64,000 bases of DNA from Bdellovibrionales bacterium (GCA_965262715.1 OZ253553.1:2304001-2368000); one strand, 5' to 3'. Shown: positions 1 through 10,626, numbered from the stretch's first letter. Notes: a model not told the origin generated them from the sequence alone. A program made the numbers and translations.

Positions 1-64
1 AAAAAATCAAAAATGTATCTCTTCATTATTATAAATGAGCTCTGGTTTTAAGGTGTTCAACGAC

Positions 65-301
65 CTTGTTGCGCAAACATCGGTTGTAACTTCTTATATA
101 TACTAAGATTTGTAACAAGCTTATTCACTAGCAGCAGAAGGTCCCTGTGCCATCACACCCTAATACAACATTAATACCATTATAGAATTACATTTCTTAA
201 ATCCATTTCTCTCATAAGGCACTGGCCTGAGCTAGTTCAGTTCATAAGCCTGTTACAAATCTTACATATACTCATTGGCCATTAAGTATTTGTGCAACAA
301 G
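65..301. mobile_element. MITE-like palindromic element with nested inverted repeats
   Basis: Terminal IR cttgttgcgcaaa / tttgtgcaacaag (12/13) and inner IR taagatttgtaacaagcttat / ataagcctgttacaaatctta. The right end (266-301) recurs exactly, reverse-complemented, at 22926-22961. Confidence 0.55.
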
Positions 302-411
302 ACCGCATTCAACTCTTACAGTTTAAGTCAATTTGTGGTGTTCCAGAGAGAGAAGTTTTAAGTTTTCGTTCCATTAGGCCGATCTAAAGTAAAAGAAGAG
401 GGTTTTGAAAG

Positions 412-3400
412 GTGGGTTACTTAAAAGCTTTTTTAAGTCCAGATTATTGTATTCTGTATTTATTATGTGTGTTTCTTATATCTTGTGGTGAGACTGGTAC
501 AAACACGAATCCTTCTGTTAATGATACACTGCAAGTTATAAATCTAGAAAACGACTTGATGCCTAAGTCATCTAAAACATGGACTTGGAGCTGTAACGAT
601 ACACCTTGTACGTATCGTCATAAAATCAATCAAAATGCAACTCCATATAGCTTTGATGATAATACTGATATTTTTAATAGTACTGCAACAGCTACACAAG
701 ACGTAAGAAATGGCGGAGAGGGAACTTATTATTTACATGTACAGGCTGAAGATTCAGAGGGTAATAAATCAGAAGTTCTTCTCGTGTTTGCAATTCTCAA
801 TAATTTAGGCAATAAAATAGAAATCACCGATATTGACCACGACCTCATTCCAAAGAAATCTAAAAAATGGACTTGGAGTTGTAGTAAACCCCATTGTGTT
901 TATCGGTATAGTATCACCACATCACCTCAGCACGATTTTTCTGAAAATGACTCATATGTCACAACAGCTACAGCTGCCCAAAGTACAGGAGATGGCATAT
1001 TTTATATTCATATACAAACTAAAGAAAGTGAAGATTCAGATATAGCCTCAGAAGTTGTCTCTTTTTCAGCAATTTTGGATAATACCCCTCCAGACGCTCC
1101 TAACGCCAGTTCTTTTTCAGTATCTTCTCCCAGCAATCTAAGGGTACCCGATATCACAGTATCGAATCTTAAAGAAGGTGATCATGTTGAGATTTATACA
1201 AGCAGTGATTGTTCAGGCTCCTCTGTAGGAGATGAAGTTGTAGGAAACTCTCAAACCTCTGTGTCAGTTAAGTTGCAGCAACTAATAACAGAAGATAGTT
1301 ATAAATACTACGCAAAGATTATAGATGTTGCCGGAAATGCTAGCTCTTGTTCTAAAGAACCTGTTTTGACATATGTTCTGGATCAATCAGCACCAGAGGT
1401 TACAGGATTAGAACCTGATAATGTTGAAAAAGGTGCTAAAACATGGTTATGGTCTTGTAATGAGAGTTGTACTTACCGACATCATATTAATAATCAACCT
1501 CAGCATATTTTTCAAACAGATGAAGCTTATACTCTTACAAATTCAACTTCTCAAGTAGAAGGACAAGGAACTTATTATCTTCATGTTCAAGCTAAAGATA
1601 TTGCGGGGAATGAATCTCGAGTGAGGTCGGTATCTGCTGTTTTAGTCAACAAGCCTGGAGTGATCGGTCTTGTAAGTAGCAAGCTACCTCAAAAATCTGT
1701 CACTTGGACTTGGGGTTGTAATAAAGAAAACTGCACGTATCGTCATAAAGTCAATCAAAATACAACTCCATATAGCTTTGATGATAATACTGATATTTTT
1801 AATAATGTTGCAACAGCATTACAAAATACAGGAGATAGCACTTATTATTTACATGTACAGGCTAAAGTTATACAAGATGGACAAGAGTTGCTTTCTACTG
1901 TTGAAGTGGTTTCAGCTATTTTGGACAACACGCCTCCCTCAGCTTTAGCATTAGCTCATTTTTCTACTCAATCTCCTAGTAATGATAGAACTCCAGAAAT
2001 AACAATTTCAGGTGTCACTGAAGGAGATACTATAAATCTTTATAGGCAAAGTAGTTGCACAACTTCTGTTGGAACTGCAACAGTATTGGCTGGAGAAACC
2101 TCTGTTGCTATTGAAGTGAATGAACTTCCTAATGTAGATAGTAGTTATGATTTTTATGCTACAGTGACAGATCAGGCTGGAAATATATCTGATTGTTCAA
2201 CAGATAAAATCACTTATGTATTGGATGTAACAGCTCCAAGCTCTCCTTCAAATGTAAGTCTTGTGACAGCATCTCCAAGCACAGATCCGCAACCTTATAT
2301 CAAAGTTGATGGAATAGCTATTGGAGACATAGTCAGGTTATTTATGGATAATAGGTGTAGTGAAACCAATGAAATTGCTTCTGCCTCTGCACAATCAGGG
2401 AGTATAGATATCCAAGTTTCCTCACCTTTAACAATAGCTTCATCAGACAACCAAAAAACATTTTCTATTTACGCAAATACAAGAGATACAGTAGGTAATA
2501 TCTCCTCTTGTTCTACAGCATCAGCTTCATATGATTTACAAAAACCAGCAGCTCCTACAGCTTTGACTTTAGTGGTTCCAACAACTAATGCAAAAGATCT
2601 TTATGTAGATGCAACTCCAACAATTCGTGTGGGAAGTGTTGTGAGTGATCAAACTGTAAATATTTATAATATGGCTGGTTGTGGAGGTGACTCTGTTGGT
2701 TCAATGAATGCATCTGCTTCAGGGACAGTAGATGTAAAACTATCTCGTTCTTTATTTCCAGGGGCACATAAATTTTATGCGAGTATCTCACATGGAAGTA
2801 ATGTGTCGAGCTGTAGTAATGCCAGTGGGTTTGAATATGTATTTTATAAACCAGTAGCAAATGGAGGGTTTCACACATGTTTTTTATTTCCAGATGGTCG
2901 TGTGAAATGTTGGGGGTACAATCTTTTTGGACAATTAGGGTTAGGTGATACAAGTAGTCGTGGTGATGATAAAAGAGAAATGGGTAGTGCTCTTGGGTAT
3001 ATCAATTTAGGTAGTGGCCGTACAGCTAAGGCTATTTCTGCAGGAAATTCCCATACATGTGCTATTTTAGATAATGACACGGTAAAATGTTGGGGCACAA
3101 ATAGTCATGGTCAATTAGGGCTTGGTAATAAAGTAAACACTAATACTCCAGGTAATTCTACTGTTAGCTTGGGGACTAACCTTACAGCTAAAGCTATTTC
3201 TGTGGGGAATGATCATGCTTGTGCCATTTTAGATAATGACAAGTTAAAATGTTGGGGTAGAAATAGTCATGGTCAATTAGGGCTAGGAGATACAAGAGAT
3301 CGTGGCGGAGCCAATACTGAAATGGGAGATGCTCTTCCTTATGTAGAGATAGGTAATCATACTGCAAAGGCTGTCTCTGCAGGGGATAGCTATACCTGTG

Positions 3401-4080
3401 TGATTTTAAATGATGATCAGGTAAAGTGTTGGGGATTGAACAATTATGGTCAGTTAGGACTTGGGCATACAAGGGTTATTAATCAAGCTCAAAATCGGAG
3501 TATTTCATTGGGGGCAAGCCGTAATGTAAAAGCTATTTCTGCAGGCAGTTTTCATACCTGTGTGATTTTAGATGATGATAGTTTAAAATGTTGGGGTAGG
3601 AATGACTCTGGTCAGTTAGGTTTAGAAACTGATACAAATAGTACGAGTCCTCCTAATAATCCAGTTGATTTAGGTACAGGTCGAGCTGTAAGGCAGGTAT
3701 CTACAGGTTTTGCTCATACTTGTGTGGTTTTAGATAATGATGAAATGAAATGTTTTGGAAATAATGGACACGGTCAATTAGGATTAGGAGATACAGAAAA
3801 TCTTGGTGATGAAGCTGGAGAGATGGGCAGCGCTCTTCCTGCAATTAGCTTAGGTAGCGATACAAATAATCTTACATATACAGCTAAGTCTGTCTCTATA
3901 GGCAGCAAAGCTATTCACATTTGTGCCTTACTTACAACAAGTGGAACCAATGCAGATGCTAAGCATATTAAGTGTTGGGGAGATAATAATTATGGTCAAC
4001 TAGGGCAAGGTGATACTCAAGATCGAGGAGATGGCACAGGAGATGATGTAGCAGATACAGAGATTATTGATGTGGATTGA
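412..4080 (+). CDS. Large surface lipoprotein: repeated Cys/Trp beta-domains, Ig-like repeats and C-terminal RCC1-like beta-propeller
   Basis: Lipobox-like LISC. Four W-x-W-x-C..C-x-YR..YY(L/I)H(V/I)Q repeats, four P-x-I-x-V..GD..Y...C Ig-like repeats, and about seven RCC1 repeats (HTC-x-I-L-D..KCWGxNxxGQLGLG). Confidence 0.8.
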   Translation: MGYLKAFLSPDYCILYLLCVFLISCGETGTNTNPSVNDTLQVINLENDLMPKSSKTWTWSCNDTPCTYRHKINQNATPYSFDDNTDIFNSTATATQDVRNGGEGTYYLHVQAEDSEGNKSEVLLVFAILNNLGNKIEITDIDHDLIPKKSKKWTWSCSKPHCVYRYSITTSPQHDFSENDSYVTTATAAQSTGDGIFYIHIQTKESEDSDIASEVVSFSAILDNTPPDAPNASSFSVSSPSNLRVPDITVSNLKEGDHVEIYTSSDCSGSSVGDEVVGNSQTSVSVKLQQLITEDSYKYYAKIIDVAGNASSCSKEPVLTYVLDQSAPEVTGLEPDNVEKGAKTWLWSCNESCTYRHHINNQPQHIFQTDEAYTLTNSTSQVEGQGTYYLHVQAKDIAGNESRVRSVSAVLVNKPGVIGLVSSKLPQKSVTWTWGCNKENCTYRHKVNQNTTPYSFDDNTDIFNNVATALQNTGDSTYYLHVQAKVIQDGQELLSTVEVVSAILDNTPPSALALAHFSTQSPSNDRTPEITISGVTEGDTINLYRQSSCTTSVGTATVLAGETSVAIEVNELPNVDSSYDFYATVTDQAGNISDCSTDKITYVLDVTAPSSPSNVSLVTASPSTDPQPYIKVDGIAIGDIVRLFMDNRCSETNEIASASAQSGSIDIQVSSPLTIASSDNQKTFSIYANTRDTVGNISSCSTASASYDLQKPAAPTALTLVVPTTNAKDLYVDATPTIRVGSVVSDQTVNIYNMAGCGGDSVGSMNASASGTVDVKLSRSLFPGAHKFYASISHGSNVSSCSNASGFEYVFYKPVANGGFHTCFLFPDGRVKCWGYNLFGQLGLGDTSSRGDDKREMGSALGYINLGSGRTAKAISAGNSHTCAILDNDTVKCWGTNSHGQLGLGNKVNTNTPGNSTVSLGTNLTAKAISVGNDHACAILDNDKLKCWGRNSHGQLGLGDTRDRGGANTEMGDALPYVEIGNHTAKAVSAGDSYTCVILNDDQVKCWGLNNYGQLGLGHTRVINQAQNRSISLGASRNVKAISAGSFHTCVILDDDSLKCWGRNDSGQLGLETDTNSTSPPNNPVDLGTGRAVRQVSTGFAHTCVVLDNDEMKCFGNNGHGQLGLGDTENLGDEAGEMGSALPAISLGSDTNNLTYTAKSVSIGSKAIHICALLTTSGTNADAKHIKCWGDNNYGQLGQGDTQDRGDGTGDDVADTEIIDVD

Positions 4081-4309
4081 TGTTTGGTAAGTGTGGAAGA
4101 TATCTTGTATAAGCCATTTTTGATAGAAAAACATAACAGGTTCCTGGTAAAAATTGATTTCATACAATAAAACCATTTTTAAGAACAACAAACCAATTGC
4201 TGCAGGAAAAAGCTTCGTAGAAAAGTACAAAAGAGAGAAATAACTGGACAAATGGCCTAAGTAAATATAACACTCTCAAAGAGAGTTTCGTTCTAACTTT
4301 AAGGGTGCT

Positions 4310-5770
4310 TTGTTTATGGAGTCTAAAACACAAGGGGTTTTTAACTTTCAAAAGCACCTTATAAAGGAATCGCCGGTTGAAAATTTGCAGACGAGTGAAA
4401 ACTTTTCTGATCCAGAAGAGCTTCATTCACCTGATGGTGTTCAGGTTTATTCTGTCACTGATTTAAGCTTAGCTATTAAATCTCAATTAGAAGGCAGCTT
4501 TCCTCAAGTTTGGGTGAAAGGAGAGATTTCTAATTTTGCAACCCCTCCTTCTGGGCACTTTTACTTTTCTCTTAAAGATAGCAAGTCACAAATAAAAGCT
4601 GTTATGTTTAAAGGCTTTAATAATCAATTAAGATTTCGTCCTGAAAATGGTATGGAGGTAATTGTTAAGGCCAATGTCAGCACTTATATGCCAAGAGGGG
4701 ATTACCAATTAATTTGTCAGCAAATGGATCCTGTGGGTCAAGGAGCGCTACAAGCGGAGTTTGAACAGCTTAAGAAAAAACTTCAAGAAGAAGGGCTTTT
4801 TGATGAAGATCGTAAAAAGCCATTACCTGCTTTTCCTCAAAAGATTGCGCTTGTGACATCTTCTACAGGAGCTGTTATCAGGGACTTGCTCAATGTTTTA
4901 AGACGTAGATTTAAAGGCTTGGATATCACATTGATTCCTACTCTTGTTCAGGGAGAGGCTGCAGCTGATGAAATTATTAACGCTATTGACTTAGCTCATA
5001 AAGTACTTCCCACCTTTGATGTTATTGTTGTTGCCAGAGGTGGAGGGTCTATAGAAGATCTTTGGTGCTTTAATAACGAAGATGTTGTAAGATGTATAGC
5101 ATTGAGCAGTATTCCTATTGTTTCAGCTGTAGGGCATGAGGTTGACTTTACGCTTTCAGATTTTGTGGCTGATAAAAGGGCTCCAACGCCTTCTGCTGCT
5201 GCGGAACTTATTGTTCCAGATAGATTGGATGTGAAAGCGACCGTCAATCACCTAGAATCTAGGATCAAAGCTGCTATGTATTCTGATCTGGAAAAGCATC
5301 AACAAAAGTATTTAGGATTATTTAAAAGATTAAAAGACCCACAAAAACTATTGCAAGAGCTCTCTCAAAGAAATGATGAACTTCTACAAAGAATGCAAAG
5401 AACCTTTCAACACCAGATAACTTTTATAAGAGAAAAACACCATAATACACATCAGAGGTTAAATTGTATCAATCAAGTCTGGGAAAAAGAATATCAACGT
5501 ATTAAAGTGTTATTTCAAAGCCTTATAAAATATATAGATATATTTTTAACTCAAAAAAGAGTCTTCTTAAAAAATCAAATAGAGCTTTTAGATTCTTTAG
5601 ATCCACAGAAAGTTGTGGCGCGAGGTTATTCCATTGTTAAACTATCTCGTGGAAGTGGAAAAGTTGTAACTTCTGTTTCTCAGATTAAACCGAATGATGT
5701 TATACATATTACTTTTTCAAAAGGAAAAGCAGAAGCTCAAATTAAAAACATCATTAATAAAAATAAGTAA
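4310..5770 (+). CDS. xseA: Exodeoxyribonuclease VII large subunit (true start probably downstream)
   Basis: VWVKGEISNF, SGHFYFSLKD, ARGGGSIEDLWCFN, SAVGHEVDFTLSDFVADKRAPTPSAAAE motifs. Confidence 0.97.
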   Translation: MFMESKTQGVFNFQKHLIKESPVENLQTSENFSDPEELHSPDGVQVYSVTDLSLAIKSQLEGSFPQVWVKGEISNFATPPSGHFYFSLKDSKSQIKAVMFKGFNNQLRFRPENGMEVIVKANVSTYMPRGDYQLICQQMDPVGQGALQAEFEQLKKKLQEEGLFDEDRKKPLPAFPQKIALVTSSTGAVIRDLLNVLRRRFKGLDITLIPTLVQGEAAADEIINAIDLAHKVLPTFDVIVVARGGGSIEDLWCFNNEDVVRCIALSSIPIVSAVGHEVDFTLSDFVADKRAPTPSAAAELIVPDRLDVKATVNHLESRIKAAMYSDLEKHQQKYLGLFKRLKDPQKLLQELSQRNDELLQRMQRTFQHQITFIREKHHNTHQRLNCINQVWEKEYQRIKVLFQSLIKYIDIFLTQKRVFLKNQIELLDSLDPQKVVARGYSIVKLSRGSGKVVTSVSQIKPNDVIHITFSKGKAEAQIKNIINKNK

Positions 5771-5781
5771 AAGGAGGGTTT

Positions 5782-6003
5782 ATGGAATTTGAAAGTAATT
5801 TAAGTAAGTTAGAAAAAATTGTGGAAAAGATGGAAGCAGGCAATTTATCTCTTGATGAGTCTCTGGTTGCTTTTGAAGAAGGGATTCGTCTTTCTAAAGA
5901 TTGCAATAAAAGATTGAATCAAGCTGAGGAAAAAGTGAAAAAGCTTCTTAGTGTGGATAAAGATGGTAAAGCGGAAACCACAAATTTTGAATCCATCGAA
6001 TGA
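5782..6003 (+). CDS. xseB: Exodeoxyribonuclease VII small subunit
   Basis: FE..L..LEKIVEKME.G.LSLDESL..FEEGI.L motif, AGGAGG RBS, follows xseA. Confidence 0.97.
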   Translation: MEFESNLSKLEKIVEKMEAGNLSLDESLVAFEEGIRLSKDCNKRLNQAEEKVKKLLSVDKDGKAETTNFESIE

Positions 6004-6965
6004 CATCTTTTTTTGAAGTTGCTTTTCAAAAAGAACTGGATCTTCTCGATCGTTTTTTACAAAGTTGGATCGAAAATTACAGAAAAAACGTTCCGCCTGA
6101 AAATAAACAATTAGTAGAGGCTCTTAAGCATGCCCTTGTTGGAGGGAAAAGATTCCGGCCTTTACTTGCCCTCTTAATAGCAAAAGCCTTCAAGCAAGAT
6201 ATGAAATGTGTTTTGCCTTATGCTTGTTCAATAGAGTTTCTACACTCTTATTCTTTGATTCATGATGATCTGCCAGCAATGGACAATGCAGAAAAAAGAC
6301 GTGGTCGCCTTTCCCTTCATAAGGCCTTTAATGAAGGTACTGCTATTTTAACAGGAGATGCCTTATTAACAGAGGCGTTTGAACTTGCTGTTTCTCATAA
6401 GTCTAGGTTTTTACAAGACACCTCATCTCTTATTTGTCTTTTAGTGCAAGCAGTTGGTGGGAGAGGAATGATAAGTGGTCAAATGCTAGACCTTCAGGCC
6501 GTAGACCTTCAGGCCGTAGACCTTCAGGCCGTAGACCCTCAGGCCGTAGACCCTCAGGCCGTAGACCCTCAGGCCGTAGACCCTCAGGTCGTAGACCTAC
6601 AAGTTTCAAATAATAAATCAATTAACTTAGAACGTCTTTATGATTTGAAAACAGGAGGATTGATTTGCGCTTCTATTATAGGGGCAGCCATGATTTCTGG
6701 AGTTAAAGAACTAGACCTCTTAAAGTTGAAAAGCTTTGCACACAAATTGGGAATTGCATTTCAAATTGCAGATGACCTAGAGGATTTCAATGAGCAAAGC
6801 GATAAAAGTGCTAACGTCATCAACTGCGCACACCAGTGGGGGGTTCAAGTGGCTAAAAAAAAGCTTTATAAGCTTTTTAGCCAATCTTTAGAGATTTTAA
6901 AATCTATCGAAAATACAAAGGGCCTTCAAATGTTAATGCGGTTGCATTTTGAAAAGCAACTTTGA
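6000..6965 (+). CDS. ispA: Polyprenyl (farnesyl/geranylgeranyl) diphosphate synthase with in-frame tandem-repeat insertion
   Basis: GGKRFRP, LIHDDLPAMD..RRG, GQMLDL, FQIADDLED motifs and the xseB-ispA gene order. Confidence 0.93.
   Translation: MTSFFEVAFQKELDLLDRFLQSWIENYRKNVPPENKQLVEALKHALVGGKRFRPLLALLIAKAFKQDMKCVLPYACSIEFLHSYSLIHDDLPAMDNAEKRRGRLSLHKAFNEGTAILTGDALLTEAFELAVSHKSRFLQDTSSLICLLVQAVGGRGMISGQMLDLQAVDLQAVDLQAVDPQAVDPQAVDPQAVDPQVVDLQVSNNKSINLERLYDLKTGGLICASIIGAAMISGVKELDLLKLKSFAHKLGIAFQIADDLEDFNEQSDKSANVINCAHQWGVQVAKKKLYKLFSQSLEILKSIENTKGLQMLMRLHFEKQL
6487..6603 (+). repeat. 15-bp coding VNTR (tagacc[t/c]tcagg[c/t]cg), 7 full copies plus a partial
   Basis: Units start at 6487, 6502, 6517, 6532, 6547, 6562, 6577 and a partial at 6592. 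They encode DLQAV/DPQAV. Confidence 0.97.
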
Positions 6966-6997
6966 TGTTGTTTGATGAGCTGATATCTAAGCATGCC

Positions 6998-7543
6998 TTA
7001 CTTTATTTCTAAGGGTTTATTGGTTAAAAGGTCTTTGGCCTTTTCTAATTTCAATAAAAATATCTTTTTTGTCATACCCCCTGTAAAGCCGCCTAATTTC
7101 ACTCGAATTTTATTTATTTTTGCTTGTTTTTGAGGAGTGTATTTTGAAATCACTCTATGGCAAGGGATAATAATAGGAATAGGATTTTTTCCGTTTGCAT
7201 TTCCTATTGCTCTATAACCTTTAGGACATTCTGCCATCTTTGCTTGTTGCTGGTAGGATATTGTATTTCCATAAGGAATTTGTCGCAAAGCGCGCCAAGC
7301 TTTTTGTTGAAAATCAGTTCCTTGATAAAGGTCTAAAGGTATAGAAAAGACCCTTCTTTTGCCTTGAAAGTATTCATTAAGCTGTCTTTTCGCTTTTTGT
7401 AAGATAGGGCATCTTGTATTTTTCTTAAGAGATGTTATAAAATCAGGAAGCTTGTTCCAAAAAACATGTTTTAATCCTTTATTTGAAGCAATAAGAGTTA
7501 ATTTACCAAGTGGACTTTGAAAGGTTATATAATAATCTTGCAT
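6998..7543 (-). CDS. ogt: Methylated-DNA--protein-cysteine S-methyltransferase
   Basis: GTDFQ..W..L.QIPYG.T.SY and NPIPIIIPCHRVI active-site motif. Confidence 0.95.
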   Translation of the reverse strand: MQDYYITFQSPLGKLTLIASNKGLKHVFWNKLPDFITSLKKNTRCPILQKAKRQLNEYFQGKRRVFSIPLDLYQGTDFQQKAWRALRQIPYGNTISYQQQAKMAECPKGYRAIGNANGKNPIPIIIPCHRVISKYTPQKQAKINKIRVKLGGFTGGMTKKIFLLKLEKAKDLLTNKPLEIK

Positions 7544-7760
7544 ACCGTTATATTCTTATAGTTTAATCAAGTTTTTATGAGGCCGGTTTATATAAAATTT
7601 TAAAAAAGAAACAAACTATTGATATCTTTGTTATTGTATTTAATATATTGAATAATTCTTATAAGTAGGTATATTACTGAGCAAGCCGTGTCAATAGCTT
7701 CTTTAAATGGTAGGTAAATTATTAAGAGTTATAGAATTAAAAAAATTTTGAGAGAGATAC

Positions 7761-8300
7761 ATGAGACAAAAATCTAGATGCCTATTTTTCAATCAACCAA
7801 TATTTTATGGTTTTGTTTTTTTATTCATTTTTTCTGGCTGTGGATTGCCTACAGACTCTATTAAAAATATCGATAAAAATATAGAGGAGATCAAAGAAAG
7901 TGTGACAGATAGTGGCGTACAAATCGTAATTAAAGATGCTGATTTTGATCAACTGCCTTTAGAAGAATTAAAAGAACTTATTGAAAAGCTCAACAGTATA
8001 TTGAATAGTATATTGAATAGTATATTTAATAATGATAAAGATGCAGTTGATGAGCCTTTGGAGCCCGGCATTGATAAACAACCTGAAGAAGGTGTAGCTG
8101 ATGAGATAGCAGATTTTGAGGTAGATCCTGAAGATCTGTTTAATGATAGTGATAGTGAAAGCATAAAAGTTGTATTAGAACAAATTAGGACAGATCTTAT
8201 AGAAGCTCTTAAAGAAATGGAACCAGAAGATGACAGGAGGGATGATATAGAAGGATTTATTGAACAAATCACACAGATTTTAGGAGACGAGGGTCAATAG
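7761..8300 (+). CDS. Acidic hypothetical lipoprotein
   Basis: Hydrophobic N-terminus with FSGC lipobox, D/E-rich, short 12-bp LNSI tandem repeat. Confidence 0.65.
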   Translation: MRQKSRCLFFNQPIFYGFVFLFIFSGCGLPTDSIKNIDKNIEEIKESVTDSGVQIVIKDADFDQLPLEELKELIEKLNSILNSILNSIFNNDKDAVDEPLEPGIDKQPEEGVADEIADFEVDPEDLFNDSDSESIKVVLEQIRTDLIEALKEMEPEDDRRDDIEGFIEQITQILGDEGQ

Positions 8301-8397
8301 CCTTGGGTTAAAATAGTTAGTTACTTCTCTAAATAAAGGTTCATTAAAAGATATTAAATCATTAAAGGGTTAACTTAGGTGGGAATAAGGTATAAAT

Positions 8398-9153
8398 ATG
8401 CATTGTAACAAAGTAAATAGGTATTTAGTGAGAAAAACTTTATTTTTTAACATTCTTTTTGTCTTATGTTCTTCATCTGCTATGAGTTTTTCTTCTTTAG
8501 AAAATAGTGTTAAAATTGAATCAAACAGTAATGGATGCATAGATGTAAATTATGAAGAAATTCTAACACGAATAGAAAACTTTGCCTCTTATCGAGAAAT
8601 TGATGATCACATTGTATGGCCTAATGTGCGGTCATGGCTATCTGCTGCTGTTGAGAGCGTGTTGCCAGGAGTTTTGGAGCGGTTTTTAGATATAAAGCCT
8701 TTAGATATGACAATGTCTGAGGAAAGGGAGTGTGAAAGTTCACAAGGAAATGAATCAGGACGTTCTAGAGCATGCAAAGTATGGATGGCTTTTTCGCCTT
8801 TAGAATTGCCTAGGAGCTTACATGCGTTCTATCCTAAAATACCTTTAATGTGTAGTATACGAGAAGATGGAGAAGGCCATGTCATTCATAGATGTGATCA
8901 GGTAGAGGGTTTAACTTATGCTGTTCAGTCGTTTTCTTCTTTGTTGCAGATATCGAAACACGATTGTGGTGTAAAGTCATTTTTTAGAATTGTTTTTAAT
9001 CTTCATAGGGATCATGTGGAGGCTATTTATGAATCAATTATTGATTATTACGAGTGGCCTACGGTTGTTTTAAGAATTATGCAAAGAGCTGATAAAACCG
9101 AACTGTTTTCACTTTATTTTCAAAATCTTTATAACCAGCTTCTTTTGTTATAA
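8398..9153 (+). CDS. Hypothetical secreted protein
   Basis: 251-aa ORF with signal-peptide-like N-terminus, no recognised motif. Confidence 0.6.
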   Translation: MHCNKVNRYLVRKTLFFNILFVLCSSSAMSFSSLENSVKIESNSNGCIDVNYEEILTRIENFASYREIDDHIVWPNVRSWLSAAVESVLPGVLERFLDIKPLDMTMSEERECESSQGNESGRSRACKVWMAFSPLELPRSLHAFYPKIPLMCSIREDGEGHVIHRCDQVEGLTYAVQSFSSLLQISKHDCGVKSFFRIVFNLHRDHVEAIYESIIDYYEWPTVVLRIMQRADKTELFSLYFQNLYNQLLLL

Positions 9154-9353
9154 TGAGCTTCAGTATTTGCAAGCTATTTTGATGAGAGTATTAAAAGCTA
9201 AGCTCATAATAGTTATAGAGTGGGTCACTTTTAAACTTAATAATATTCTTTTGGCAAGATGCTTTTAATTGCTAACGAATCAGATAAAAGGCAGAAATTG
9301 ACAATAAGCATCATAATAAAAAGAGATTGTTTTGTTAGACTACATAACTGATC

Positions 9354-9962
9354 TTGACTTTAACAAGTAAAACACTGTTTATTCGAGGCATGAGTGTGAA
9401 ATGGACAAAAGAGCAAATAAAAAGGGTAGCTAAAGGTGTTTTTAGTGATTTAAAAGCTAATAATATTGTCACTTTTAAGGCTCCAGAAGACTCAGTGATG
9501 ACAAAGGTTGTTAGTTATGTTATAGCAGATCAAAATAAGGATAAAGAGATAGACAAAGAGGCGCGAAGAATGGTAGAAGACCTAGAAAGCAAGGCCTCGG
9601 ACACCATTGATAGGCATAAGTTATTTCAGTTGGTGAAGAAAAAGCTTATGGCTGAGAAAAACAGACCTGACAGTTGGAAATCAAAGGGTGGAGTTATTGA
9701 AGAGCTACCCATACATTTTGCTCATCTTATAATTGATGCTGTTTGGAAAGATGATTTGGTAGATTATACTGATGATAATCGGGCTTTGAAGGTAGCAAAG
9801 CAATCAGTTGCAAAGTTTTTAAATGAAGTAGAAGTTTTAAATGAGCAGGTGAGACATAAAATACAATCAATTAAAAGAACCATCCCCGAAGGAAGTGATG
9901 AGTGGAAGGCTTTATATGATAGATTTTACAAAGAGGAATTACGCCGTCGAGGATTTTTATAG
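9354..9962 (+). CDS. DUF507-like protein (start probably ATG 9390)
   Basis: Two similar helical halves. The C-terminal I.EGS.EW..LY...Y.EEL.RRG pattern is typical of DUF507. Confidence 0.75.
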   Translation: MTLTSKTLFIRGMSVKWTKEQIKRVAKGVFSDLKANNIVTFKAPEDSVMTKVVSYVIADQNKDKEIDKEARRMVEDLESKASDTIDRHKLFQLVKKKLMAEKNRPDSWKSKGGVIEELPIHFAHLIIDAVWKDDLVDYTDDNRALKVAKQSVAKFLNEVEVLNEQVRHKIQSIKRTIPEGSDEWKALYDRFYKEELRRRGFL

Positions 9963-9972
9963 AGTTGAGTTA

Positions 9973-10130
9973 GGTTAAGAATTTTCCTTAACATGGTGTT
10001 AGCTGATAAGAAGAGTCTTGCTACTCAAAGTAAACGGATTTTTGAGACAGCCAGCATTTTTTTGACGGTGTTAACCGTCAGGTTGGCTGTCCAAAAACAG
10101 CTAGGAGCTGGTTTATTTTGAGTGAGACAG
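9973..10130 (+). ncRNA. Dispersed multi-stem element (structured RNA or ssDNA/MITE), version A; repeated in each array unit
   Basis: Nested stems actcaaagtaaac/gtttattttgagt, gacagcca/tggctgtc, tgacgg/ccgtca and cagct/agctg. Homologous to 32710-32857, 34974-35142 and 39639-39789. Confidence 0.6.
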
Positions 10131-10626
10131 AGAGTGGAAGGCTTTATATGATAGATTTTACAAAGAGGAATTACGCCGTCGAGGATTTTTATAGAGTTGA
10201 GTTAGGTTAAGAATTTTCCTTAACATGGTGTTAGCTGATAAGAAGAGTCTTGCTACTCAAAGTAAACGGATTTTTGAGACAGCCAGCATTTTTTTGACGG
10301 TGTTAACCGTCAGGTTGGCTGTCCAAAAACAGCTAGGAGCTGGTTTATTTTGAGTGAGACAGAGAGTGGAAGGCTTTATATGATAGATTTTACAAAGAGG
10401 AATTACGCCGTCGAGGATTTTTATAGAGTTGAGTTAGGTTAAGAATTTTCCTTAACATGGTGTTAGCTGATAAGAAGAGTCTTGCTACTCAAAGTAAACG
10501 GATTTTTGAGACAGCCAGCATTTTTTTGACGGTGTTAACCGTCAGGTTGGCTGTCCAAAAACAGCTAGGAGCTGGTTTATTTTGAGTGAGACAGAGAAAT
10601 GGCTTAACACATGAGGAGGGGGTAAT

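Noticed and set aside
6430..6621. Antisense ORF with LRPEG repeats
   Set aside because: Shadow of the ispA VNTR on the opposite strand.
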